NCBI GenBank assembly: GCA_964394925.1
Contig: CAYMZG010000004.1
Span: 31,208-95,207 of the forward strand
From: an uncultured Candidatus Saccharibacteria bacterium
GTDB taxonomy: Bacteria; Patescibacteriota; Saccharimonadia; Saccharimonadales; CAYLGV01
Length of the DNA stretch: 64,000 bases
Reading direction: 5' to 3'
The notes below the pieces were generated by a model, which made no database searches, had not been told where the DNA came from, and saw only the letters and a program-made list of their open reading frames with translations. A program made the position numbers and the translations under genes. Below, in pieces: positions 1 through 8,286 of the stretch; the first letter of the stretch is position 1; each line of letters starts with the position of its first letter.

Positions 1-405
1 GTAGTACGCGTTCCGGCTGAGCTAGCTAGTGAAGATACTGCTGTCCAAGCTGCCATCCAAAAAGCTGCTATTCGTGCGCTCAAGCAAGAAGCTCGACAGC
101 TCCTGCCAGGTAGACTAGATAGCTTAGCCAAGCAACATGGATTTTCGTACGCACAGCTAGATATTAAAATGCTCAAGAGCCGATGGGGTAGTTGCAATTC
201 TCGGCGTGAAATTGCTCTCAATTGCTATCTTATGCAACTGCCGTGGGACCTCATTGATTATGTGCTTTTGCACGAGCTGATGCACACCCGAATCATGGCT
301 CACGGACCTCGCTTTTGGGATGAGCTATCTGAGTATGTACCAAACTTGGTGGCCAAGCGAAAAGCAATTCGAAGCCACCAGCCATCTCTTATGCCACAAG
401 AATAA
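1..405 (+). CDS. YgjP/DUF45-like zinc metallohydrolase, 5' end outside window
   Basis: Frame 1 is open from nt 1 and runs into the 169..405 ORF. It has WGSC followed by HELMH (HExxH zinc motif), as in the DUF45/M48-like family. Confidence 0.6.
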   Translation, partial: VVRVPAELASEDTAVQAAIQKAAIRALKQEARQLLPGRLDSLAKQHGFSYAQLDIKMLKSRWGSCNSRREIALNCYLMQLPWDLIDYVLLHELMHTRIMAHGPRFWDELSEYVPNLVAKRKAIRSHQPSLMPQE

Positions 406-430
406 TGCCGAGGCTGGTATAATACTGTTT

Positions 431-1594
431 ATGGCAAATGCGTCTGCGAATACTAAGAAGTCACACCCGTTGCACTCGGCCAAGAAGATTGCCCAGGCAG
501 TCAAAAAATCAATTGCCCCCGACGCCGAACTGGAACGCGAACGCCTAACAAGTTTAATTAATAGTATGGCCGACGGCGTACTAGCCATAGATGAGCGCCA
601 CAAGATTGTGCTTTCGAATGGTGCAGCTTTGAATATTCTAGATGTCAACAGTACGCTAACTGGCAAAACCTTACCGCGTGTATTAAAAGTTGTTGATAAG
701 AATAATCAAGAGATCGACCTTGCTCAGGTAATTAGCGAAACAAAGACTCAATTTACGAACCGTGACTGGCGTATTCAGTATGCCGATGAGAGTACTGCTA
801 GCCTGTATATCAGCATCGCTCCCGTACGCCTTGGCTATGGCCAAGAGGGCATGAAGGGCTATGTTATACTGCTGCGTGATATAACTCGAGAAAAGTCCCT
901 CGAGGAAGAGCGTGACGAGTTCATCAGTGTAGTAAGCCACGAGCTGCGCACCCCAATCGCCATTGCCGAGGGTAACATTAGTAATGCCGAGTTTATCTTC
1001 GAAAAATCAGGTGTCAAGGACGAAGCAATTGCCGAAACGCTCAAACAAGCCCACAGTCAGATTAACTTCCTAGCAGGCATGATTAATGATCTGGCCACGT
1101 TATCACGCGCTGAACGCGGCAAGCTGCAAGTCGATATTGAATCAATAAACACCCACGAGCTCATTGATGAGCTCGCTAAAACCTACCAGCGCGATGCCCA
1201 AGAGAAGGGTCTGCAGCTGCATAGTACAATCGATCCGAAACTCGAGTTATTACAATCATCCAAATTATACGTTCGCGAGATTCTGCAGAATTTTATTACT
1301 AACGCTATAAAATACACCGAGAAGGGCTCGGTCACGATTGGCGCTAAAGCCAAGCCTGATGGCGTAGAGTTCTTTGTAACAGATACGGGCATTGGTATTA
1401 GTAAAAGTGATCAAGAAAAGGTTTTCGATAAGTTCTTTCGCTCTGAAGACTTTCGGACTCGACAGAATAACGGTACTGGTCTTGGTTTGTACGTGACCAT
1501 GAAACTCACTCGGCTGATCCATGCCGAGATTGACCTGGAAAGCGAGCTCAATAAGGGCTCTACCTTCAAGATCTTCATCCCAAACTTGCAGTAA
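431..1594 (+). CDS. Cytoplasmic PAS-type sensor histidine kinase
   Basis: H-box SHELRTPI, N-box NAIKYT, G-boxes DTGIGI and GTGLGLY. No TM segment. ATG at 431 chosen because the 320 start overlaps the upstream gene. Confidence 0.85.
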   Translation: MANASANTKKSHPLHSAKKIAQAVKKSIAPDAELERERLTSLINSMADGVLAIDERHKIVLSNGAALNILDVNSTLTGKTLPRVLKVVDKNNQEIDLAQVISETKTQFTNRDWRIQYADESTASLYISIAPVRLGYGQEGMKGYVILLRDITREKSLEEERDEFISVVSHELRTPIAIAEGNISNAEFIFEKSGVKDEAIAETLKQAHSQINFLAGMINDLATLSRAERGKLQVDIESINTHELIDELAKTYQRDAQEKGLQLHSTIDPKLELLQSSKLYVREILQNFITNAIKYTEKGSVTIGAKAKPDGVEFFVTDTGIGISKSDQEKVFDKFFRSEDFRTRQNNGTGLGLYVTMKLTRLIHAEIDLESELNKGSTFKIFIPNLQ

Positions 1595-1599
1595 TGAGA

Positions 1600-3105
1600 C
1601 TATTTGGCGCTTGAGCGAGGAGGCAATGGCGGCAGATGGGGTATGACATGCATGACCGGTATGCAAATATTGCGGTCCTTCCAGGTGACGGTAAGAAACT
1701 CATACATGACCATCGAGGCGATGCCAATGATCATTTCAGTTATCACAACAATTGGGAAATTCCATAGCGCCACCCAACGATTACTTGGATTGGTGGCCGA
1801 GACGATTTTGAAATGCGTGGCTACGAGGAAAGCACATGAGAGAACCGGCAGAATGATTGGGATATGCGGCCAGAACCATAGGCTTCCCACAACTTGTATG
1901 AATGGCATTAGCAGAAAAGCCATGACCCCGAAAGTGAGAAGCAGCGCCCACTCGGGGCGTCGCCGAATCTGGGCGTAACGCATGCGCAGGGCAGTCTTGC
2001 GTTGTTCCTGCAAATTCTTAACCGTATCAACCTCGAGTTCTCCATGGCTACGTATAAAGCTATACTCGTCGGTTTTAACGAGCTCGCGGGCAAAATAGCC
2101 CTCAGGGATAATGGCGTGGCTGACGCTTCCAAAGCCGCCCAACTTCTTGAGCCTCGAGCGACGAATCAGCCAACAGGTACTCAGAACTGGTGGGCGATTA
2201 AACCAGCGCCTCGGCAAAGCCAACTCCCACCAGTAGCGCATTGGCTGAATGAAAGCCGCTGAAACATCGTTATTAACCCGAACGGGCAAGACGCTCAACA
2301 TAGCCTTATTGCGTTCATGCATCAGATTTACCATCTGCCGAATAGCACTCGTGCCGAAGCGGACGTCTACGCCACAAAACAGCATAACTTCTCCAGTGGC
2401 TTCTTTGTAGAGCTTCTCGTAAGCTTGGTTTTTAGCCAGCCAACGATCAGCCGGCTCTTCGCCCTGCACAAAACGAACGCCGTCATGTGCGAAACTCTTA
2501 ATGATATCGGCCGTTCGTCCTTGTGAGCAGTCGTCGAGAACAATTACTTCAAGCTTGGGATAGTCATTCGCTAACACACTCTTCAGGCACTCCTCTAAGT
2601 CAGTTGTTTCGTTGCGCGCCGGAATTGCAACGGTCACAGTTGGCAGCTCACGATCCACCAAAAATGTCTTTGACGGTTGGTAGACAATTTTTTTTAGATT
2701 ACGTGAAGTAACGACGAACAAACCAAGCGCCACGGAAAACTGTACGAATAGGAAGATGTTGAGGAGTAACTGTCGTGAAGTAGTTGAAATAGCTGGCAGT
2801 AAAAATAACCATGCTAATAGCACAAAGAACACAAAGATCCACCAGCTGGTACGCCCGACTGCAAAGTGCAGATACTTTTCGTGCATACGACCCTTTAAGA
2901 TACGTGACAGATTGCCGAAACGCAGTATGGTGAGGAGCAAAACAGGGATACCCGCTGCCCAGCCGAGTTGCAGCGCCAGCCACCAGGTTGTCCAGGCGAT
3001 AAATAACATAACTAGTACGGCACCAAGACGTCGAAAGTGCCAAATTGGAGGCACGATAATCAGTAAAGCTTCTGCGGCAAAGGTGAGGATCCAGAGTTCC
3101 AACAT
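1600..3105 (-). CDS. Membrane-embedded family-2 glycosyltransferase
   Basis: N- and C-terminal TM bundles flank a GT2 core (VAIPARNE, VLDDCS, GVDVRF). A QPMRYW segment is reminiscent of processive synthases. Confidence 0.75.
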   Translation of the reverse strand: MLELWILTFAAEALLIIVPPIWHFRRLGAVLVMLFIAWTTWWLALQLGWAAGIPVLLLTILRFGNLSRILKGRMHEKYLHFAVGRTSWWIFVFFVLLAWLFLLPAISTTSRQLLLNIFLFVQFSVALGLFVVTSRNLKKIVYQPSKTFLVDRELPTVTVAIPARNETTDLEECLKSVLANDYPKLEVIVLDDCSQGRTADIIKSFAHDGVRFVQGEEPADRWLAKNQAYEKLYKEATGEVMLFCGVDVRFGTSAIRQMVNLMHERNKAMLSVLPVRVNNDVSAAFIQPMRYWWELALPRRWFNRPPVLSTCWLIRRSRLKKLGGFGSVSHAIIPEGYFARELVKTDEYSFIRSHGELEVDTVKNLQEQRKTALRMRYAQIRRRPEWALLLTFGVMAFLLMPFIQVVGSLWFWPHIPIILPVLSCAFLVATHFKIVSATNPSNRWVALWNFPIVVITEMIIGIASMVMYEFLTVTWKDRNICIPVMHVIPHLPPLPPRSSAK

Positions 3106-3139
3106 GCTTTAATGATAGCACTCTCATGACATGCATTCA

Positions 3140-3168
3140 TTGCAATCAAGTAAGTACTGTGGTATATT
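3140..3168 (+). promoter_or_regulatory. Sigma70-like promoter upstream of secE
   Basis: TTGCAA (3140-3145), 17-nt spacer, TGg-TATATT extended -10 (3163-3168). Confidence 0.35.
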
Positions 3169-3180
3169 GACATCTGACCA

Positions 3181-3205
3181 CCCTACTATCTTTAGTAGGG
3201 TTTTT
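3181..3205 (+). terminator. Intrinsic-terminator-like hairpin with no upstream plus-strand gene
   Basis: Perfect 8-bp stem CCCTACTA/TAGTAGGG, 4-nt loop, then TTTTT. It sits about 10 nt downstream of the predicted TSS and 18 nt before secE. Confidence 0.45.
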
Positions 3206-3222
3206 AAGTTTTAGGAGACAAT

Positions 3223-3651
3223 GTGGCTGAAGCAAAAGAACCCAGCAAGAAAAAACGCCAGCTCAAAAAGCCCCAGACCGTGCGTGAGCGAGCCGAGAAA
3301 GCGAGCATAGAACGCAAGCCTCGACGAATTAAGCAGGCCGGCAGTACCGCCGCTAAGCCATTCAAGGCATTAGGCCGTGTAATCGCTAAAATATTGCGAC
3401 CATTTCGATTCTTGCTATGGCCGTTTAAAACACGACCTGCGCGTTTTATTGGTCGTATTTTGAAGAAAGTTCTCCTCCTAAATTACTTCCGCGAAAGTTG
3501 GCGTGAGCTCAAACTCGTTGAGTGGCCCAATCGCAAACAGACCGCCAAGTTAACATTCGCCGTATTCATGTTCGCTATCTTCTTTAGCGTACTCGTAGGT
3601 GTTGTTGACTATGGTCTCGACAAGATATTTAAGCAACTCATTTTGAAATAG
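3223..3651 (+). CDS. secE: Preprotein translocase subunit SecE with long basic N-terminal extension
   Basis: GTG start after AGGAGA. Lies immediately upstream of nusG. C-terminal WPNRKQT motif plus a single TM (LTFAVFMFAIFFSVLVGVV). The first 90 aa or so are K/R/A-rich. Confidence 0.75.
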   Translation: MAEAKEPSKKKRQLKKPQTVRERAEKASIERKPRRIKQAGSTAAKPFKALGRVIAKILRPFRFLLWPFKTRPARFIGRILKKVLLLNYFRESWRELKLVEWPNRKQTAKLTFAVFMFAIFFSVLVGVVDYGLDKIFKQLILK

Positions 3652-3661
3652 GAGAATAACA

Positions 3662-4204
3662 GTGGCTAAACGATATGACGCAACTAAACAATGGTATGCC
3701 ATCCACACCTACAGTGGCTATGAAGAGAAGGTAGCTGAATCTATCCGTCAGCGTGCCGAGTCTCTCGACATGAAAGATAAGATCATCCAGGTACTCGTAC
3801 CAAAGGAAAAGATGATCGAAGTTAAGAACGGAAAGCGCAAAGTAGTTGAAAAGCGTATCTTCCAGGGCTATGTAATGGTTGAAATGAAGATGAGCGAAGA
3901 CGCGTGGTACATTGTTCGTAACACACCTTCAGTGACAGGCTTCGTAGGTTCAGGCACTGAACCAACACCAATTAGCAATGATGAAATTGAGAAGATCCTG
4001 AAGCGCATGGGTCGTGAAGAACCTAAGCACAAGATTGACTACAAGATCGGTGAAGTGGTTAACATCACAGACGGTCCATTCAAGGGCTTTGACGGCACGA
4101 TTAACGAAGTTGATCCAACCAAGGGCAAACTCAAAGTACTCGTAAACATGTTCGGCCGTGAAACGCCGGTTGAGCTAGACTCGCTGCAAGTTAAGCGAGT
4201 CTAG
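3662..4204 (+). CDS. nusG: Transcription termination/antitermination factor NusG
   Basis: WYAIHTYSGYE N-terminal NGN motif and C-terminal KOW (GEVVNITDGPFKGFDGTINEV). Synteny with secE. Confidence 0.95.
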   Translation: MAKRYDATKQWYAIHTYSGYEEKVAESIRQRAESLDMKDKIIQVLVPKEKMIEVKNGKRKVVEKRIFQGYVMVEMKMSEDAWYIVRNTPSVTGFVGSGTEPTPISNDEIEKILKRMGREEPKHKIDYKIGEVVNITDGPFKGFDGTINEVDPTKGKLKVLVNMFGRETPVELDSLQVKRV

Positions 4205-4207
4205 TGG

Positions 4208-4477
4208 ATGAAGCTACCGCAGGCACCTAATCTAGCACTTGACCCAGAGCTTTCACGCACTGATCGTTATGTTCATGGCGCACAGCTCGCTCTCGGAGGA
4301 ATCGTAACCTTGGAGGGTATGGCTGGCATCATTCAAGAGCACCAGGCCAACGTGCCGGGGTTGGTTTTTACATTTGGTCTTTTGTCTGTAATGCATGCCG
4401 TAACTCAACTTCGTGGCGGCTATCACCGAGAGACGATTGCGCCAACAGGAAATATAGACAACAATTCGCCAAGCTGA
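4208..4477 (+). CDS. Hypothetical small protein
   Basis: 89-aa ORF starting 3 nt after the nusG stop. No recognisable motif and a weak RBS. Confidence 0.3.
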   Translation: MKLPQAPNLALDPELSRTDRYVHGAQLALGGIVTLEGMAGIIQEHQANVPGLVFTFGLLSVMHAVTQLRGGYHRETIAPTGNIDNNSPS

Positions 4478-4488
4478 CAAAATTATAG

Positions 4489-4516
4489 TTGTATACATTA
4501 CTCTTTAAGTTATAAT
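4489..4516 (+). promoter_or_regulatory. Putative promoter for the 4525 ORF
   Basis: TTGTAT, 16-nt spacer, TATAAT (4511-4516). The ATG is 8 nt downstream, so the mRNA may be leaderless or near-leaderless. Confidence 0.35.
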
Positions 4517-4524
4517 TCTCATAA

Positions 4525-5352
4525 ATGAGTGATCGCTATGTACCCCTTGCAGAAAAGGACCGAATTCTTGAAGTTACCGACGGGGCGCTTGAATGTAATC
4601 TGCACCTGCCGGTTGGCGTAGACATAGAGCGGATCTTAGTAAATGCACCACGCCTTGGACGATTAACAAGATTGGCTGGTGCCAACAAACTACACGTGCT
4701 CACCGCCGACCAAGACCGAGACGGGTTCGAGCTCAATGCCACAGATGTACACATGCAAAGTGATGGTACCGCAACGCTCACGGGCATGCCGAAACCACCG
4801 AAGAAAAAGTACGCCGATCATGAGTACGATGATTCCGACCATCCAATGAAACTCCTCATGGGTCTGCAGCCAGTATCAGACAAAATGTTTGAAAATCACC
4901 TTGATCAAATGTATAAAGGTGGCCCATTGGCTATTTATCTCAACAAGAAGCAAATCGAGAAAGATATTTGGGAAAATGATAGTTATCAACAGGGTCTCAT
5001 TGATGCGGGCGGTTGGGCAGCGGGACTTGATAAAGCTACAAAAAGGGGACTCATTTCAGCATCTCAAGATCGATACTTCCCCACGAATCAAAAGCAAGTC
5101 ATAGATTTGGGTTTTAACGCCTTTTGGATGAGTCTTGGGACGGTGGATGTTCTCAATCACAGGTATGTACTGCCGGCGTTTCTTATAGGTACGAGCGCGG
5201 CCCGAAGAATAGCGCAACTATACAGAGTTACCACAAAACAATTGCCAGCTCGCGATTATAATTGGTCCCTCTTTACTGAGTATCGCGTGGATCGGGTTGT
5301 GGCAACGGCAGCCGTTGCTCACAGTGGTAAACTATTTAAGGTTGCCAAGTAA
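4525..5352 (+). CDS. Hypothetical protein (275 aa)
   Basis: Long ORF with its own promoter-like signal. No motif recognised. Confidence 0.5.
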   Translation: MSDRYVPLAEKDRILEVTDGALECNLHLPVGVDIERILVNAPRLGRLTRLAGANKLHVLTADQDRDGFELNATDVHMQSDGTATLTGMPKPPKKKYADHEYDDSDHPMKLLMGLQPVSDKMFENHLDQMYKGGPLAIYLNKKQIEKDIWENDSYQQGLIDAGGWAAGLDKATKRGLISASQDRYFPTNQKQVIDLGFNAFWMSLGTVDVLNHRYVLPAFLIGTSAARRIAQLYRVTTKQLPARDYNWSLFTEYRVDRVVATAAVAHSGKLFKVAK

Positions 5353-5407
5353 AAGCACACGTACTCAATGCCAAGGTCGGGCAACCCGCTCAAATGAGGA
5401 GTTGCTC

Positions 5408-5611
5408 ATGCTTGAAAGCCGACCCGATCAGCCACCGGCAGACGATCAGTCACACGAAACACTCGAAGAATTCAAGGCTCGGATTTCGATTGTCGTTGCA
5501 GGCTTGCGAGCATACGCCAATGCCTCACCCGAAGAACGTTCAGAAATCGCCCGTATGATTAGTACCGACCCACCAAGAATCGATAACGACGACACTAGAC
5601 AACAGGGGTAA
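5408..5611 (+). CDS. Hypothetical acidic small protein
   Basis: ATG at 5408 preceded by GAGGAG. This is an internal start of the 5297..5611 ORF, which otherwise overlaps the upstream gene. Confidence 0.35.
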   Translation: MLESRPDQPPADDQSHETLEEFKARISIVVAGLRAYANASPEERSEIARMISTDPPRIDNDDTRQQG

Positions 5612-5704
5612 ATTGTAGTAAACTGAACGACGTTACGCACTACTAAAAGGTAGGAGAATCATCAGATGCTTCAATCTGAATGGTTCGTTAAGAAGGAGAA
5701 CATC

Positions 5705-6133
5705 GTGGCAAAGCCCGTAAAAGCAAATTTAAAGATGAAGATTAAGGGTGGCCAAGCCAGTGCAGCGCCTCCCGTTGGTAGCACCCTGGGTCAGCATGGT
5801 GTGAACATGATGGATTTTATCCAACCGTTCAACGACCAAACCAAAGACAAGATGGGTCAGGACCTCACGGTTCACATTACCATTTATGAAGATCGCACTA
5901 TGGATTGGCGCGTAGTTGGCACACCAACCGATGACCTTATCCGCAAGGCCCTCGGCATTCAAAAGGGTTCCGGCAAACCAAATAGCGAAAAAATCGCTAA
6001 GAAGCTCAGCCAGGCACAACTTACTGAGATTGCCGAAGCTAAAGCTGAAGATATGAACGCCGATGACATTGAAGCCATCAAGAAGATGGTTGCTGGTACG
6101 GCGCGTTCAATGGGCGTTGAAATCGATGGCTAA
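5705..6133 (+). CDS. rplK: 50S ribosomal protein L11
   Basis: GTG at 5705 after AAGGAG. Sequence KIKGGQASAAPPVGSTLGQHGVNMMDF is the canonical L11 N-terminus. Confidence 0.95.
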   Translation: MAKPVKANLKMKIKGGQASAAPPVGSTLGQHGVNMMDFIQPFNDQTKDKMGQDLTVHITIYEDRTMDWRVVGTPTDDLIRKALGIQKGSGKPNSEKIAKKLSQAQLTEIAEAKAEDMNADDIEAIKKMVAGTARSMGVEIDG

Positions 6134-6392
6134 GTCATGTTCCTTTGAGATAGCACCACATGTTGATGCGTCTGATCCTCGTACGTTCAGTGACTTGTAT
6201 CAGGATTCTTTACGCAACGTTAGCGAAGCACTTAGTGTTTTTTTCGAAAGTGGAGAGGTCACCCAGGGTCAGATTGCCTGGCTTGATGACGGCCTGGAAG
6301 CCCTATGGGATATTGCCGATATACTCGAAGTGAAAATACCAAGAAATATTTTGGATACTCGTGTCGATTTACTTAGAACAATTAACCAGTAA
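6126..6392 (+). CDS. Hypothetical acidic protein between rplK and rplA
   Basis: ATG at 6126 overlaps the rplK stop. 88 aa with no recognisable motif. Confidence 0.35.
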   Translation: MAKSCSFEIAPHVDASDPRTFSDLYQDSLRNVSEALSVFFESGEVTQGQIAWLDDGLEALWDIADILEVKIPRNILDTRVDLLRTINQ

Positions 6393-6441
6393 ATAGTGGG
6401 AGGTGCCTCACGCACCGCATGCACCACAAAGGAGAATAATT

Positions 6442-7425
6442 ATGGCAGAAGCCAAGAAGAAAACCGCAGCTGAAGAAAAAGCTCAGCTCGAAGCAATCAA
6501 GAATGCTGCAACCGAAGTAGTAGCCGAAGAAGCAACGGAAGTCGTTGAAGAAGCTGCCGCTGAAGAAACTGAAGCAAATACAGCGAAGACGACCGCTAAG
6601 GCCGGCAAGCGAAGCGCAAAAGCTATCGCAGAGGTTGAAGCCAAGCAAGCCAAAGAAGAACGCAAGGCCGCGTCTAAAGAAGCTGACGCCGAGAAAGAAG
6701 CTCAGCCAAAGCCAGTCCAAAAAAGCCGCAGCGTTTTAGAGCGCAAAGGCAAGAAGTTCCGTAAAGTTGCTGAACTCGTTGAAAAAGACAAGCAGTACAA
6801 TCTGAAAGACGCGCTTGACCTTGCCACCAAGACCAATCCTGCTAGATTTGACGCTGCTGTTGAACTGCACGTTCGCCTTGGTGTTGACCCACGCCAGGCT
6901 GATCAGAACCTGCGTGACATTGTGTTGTTACCGGCTGGTACTGGCAAAACAGTTCGAGTAGCAGTTTTTGCTGATCCAGAGGGTACTAAAGTAGCCAAGA
7001 AGGCCGGTGCAGACATTGCTGCCAGCGATGAGTTCCTGCAACAGCTCGACAAGGGTACGATCGACTTTGATATTCTGATCTCAACACCTCAGAACATGGC
7101 CAAGCTCGGTAAGTATGCCCGTTTACTTGGACCGAAGGGTCTGATGCCGAACCCAAAGAGTGGTACGGTTACAACTGATATTGCTAAGGCTGTAGCCGAA
7201 GCGAAGGCTGGTCGTGTTGAGTATCGCGTAGATAGCACCGGCATTGTGCACGTAGCCGTTGGCAAGGTAAGCTTTGGCGCCGATAAGCTCCAGCAAAACG
7301 CCCGAGCCATTCTTGATAGCATTAAAGGCAATAAGCCAAGTACTATCAAGGGCACCTATGTTAAGTCTGTATATGTTACGACCAGCATGGGCCCAAGTAT
7401 CGCGATCGAAACATCCGAAGTATAA
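6442..7425 (+). CDS. rplA: 50S ribosomal protein L1 with ~100-aa A/E/K-rich N-terminal extension
   Basis: ATG after AAAGGAGA. The canonical L1 core begins near [24 protein letters not shown] and continues through VLLPAGTGK and [15 protein letters not shown]. Confidence 0.9.
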   Translation: MAEAKKKTAAEEKAQLEAIKNAATEVVAEEATEVVEEAAAEETEANTAKTTAKAGKRSAKAIAEVEAKQAKEERKAASKEADAEKEAQPKPVQKSRSVLERKGKKFRKVAELVEKDKQYNLKDALDLATKTNPARFDAAVELHVRLGVDPRQADQNLRDIVLLPAGTGKTVRVAVFADPEGTKVAKKAGADIAASDEFLQQLDKGTIDFDILISTPQNMAKLGKYARLLGPKGLMPNPKSGTVTTDIAKAVAEAKAGRVEYRVDSTGIVHVAVGKVSFGADKLQQNARAILDSIKGNKPSTIKGTYVKSVYVTTSMGPSIAIETSEV

Positions 7426-7443
7426 AGTAGTTGCGATTCTACT

Positions 7444-7486
7444 GCGTGCCCCCTATGCCAATTTGGTGTAAGGGGCGCGCTTTTTT
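7444..7486 (+). terminator. Intrinsic terminator after rplA
   Basis: GC-rich stem GCGTGCCCCCT / AGGGGCGCGC followed by TTTTTT. Confidence 0.6.
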
Positions 7487-7500
7487 GTTACAATGTGCTT

Positions 7501-8286
7501 ATGATAATCCTTGGCATGACCGGGCCAATTGGCCATGGCAAGACAACATTTGCTGACTCTATAGCGGCGCTTGAACCATCGACGGTCCATTTAGAGTCTT
7601 CATTGATCGTAGCCGAAGTGGGCAACGCTTTTCAGGCAGCCCTGACTGACATACCTGACCCATACAACGTTGAACGTATCAACAACTGGCTTCGAGCGTT
7701 GCCCGAGATTCTACTCGATATAGTGCACGTACGTTGCAGTTTTGATCAAATTAAGCTTGATCAGGTGGCCATGGAAGAGCATCCTATTGAGTACCAAAAA
7801 CTCATTCTCCACCTCGAGAACTTGCAACGTAACCCGACACTGATGAACCAAACAATCACCAAAGAGAATAAGGAGAGTTATCGGCCACTATTGCAATGGC
7901 TAGGTGGCTATTTGGTACAAAAGATAGATAGTGGTATTTGGTATAACGAAATCGTGCGGCGAATTCGCCAGGCGGCCGCGGCCGGTTGTAAGCTTTGTTT
8001 GGTCGGTGGGTTACGTTATCCCACCGATGCGGCTATCCTGCGTGGTGCCGGCGCAATCATCGTGAAGATATACCGACCAGGGCATTTGCAGAGCGACATG
8101 CTCGACCCAACCGAGCGCGAACGGCAAAACATACAAGTGGACTGTACAATCATGAGTAACGGTTCTGTCGCAGATGTGGCGATGTTCGCACAGCGCTTTT
8201 ATGATGATTTAGTTCACAACCGCCTGCAACATACGTATCGGACAGCTGAGGTTGCTGCACGAGCCCTAGAAACGCCTAGTGCCTAG
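7501..8286 (+). CDS. P-loop nucleotide/nucleoside kinase-like protein
   Basis: N-terminal Walker A GMTGPIGHGKTT. The GGLRYPTDAAILRGAGAIIV segment resembles the dNMP/dephospho-CoA kinase-like fold. Function not resolved. Confidence 0.5.
   Translation: MIILGMTGPIGHGKTTFADSIAALEPSTVHLESSLIVAEVGNAFQAALTDIPDPYNVERINNWLRALPEILLDIVHVRCSFDQIKLDQVAMEEHPIEYQKLILHLENLQRNPTLMNQTITKENKESYRPLLQWLGGYLVQKIDSGIWYNEIVRRIRQAAAAGCKLCLVGGLRYPTDAAILRGAGAIIVKIYRPGHLQSDMLDPTERERQNIQVDCTIMSNGSVADVAMFAQRFYDDLVHNRLQHTYRTAEVAARALETPSA

Noticed and set aside
320-430. Longer N-terminus for the histidine kinase (ORF-track start at 320)
   Set aside because: It would overlap the last 86 nt of the upstream metallohydrolase gene in another frame. 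The ATG at 431 gives a normal gene junction.
6395-6441. L1-binding autoregulatory site just upstream of rplA (GTGGGAGGTGCCTCAC hairpin)
   Set aside because: There is only a 5-bp imperfect stem. I cannot verify resemblance to the 23S L1-binding helix by eye. It needs a covariance-model search.
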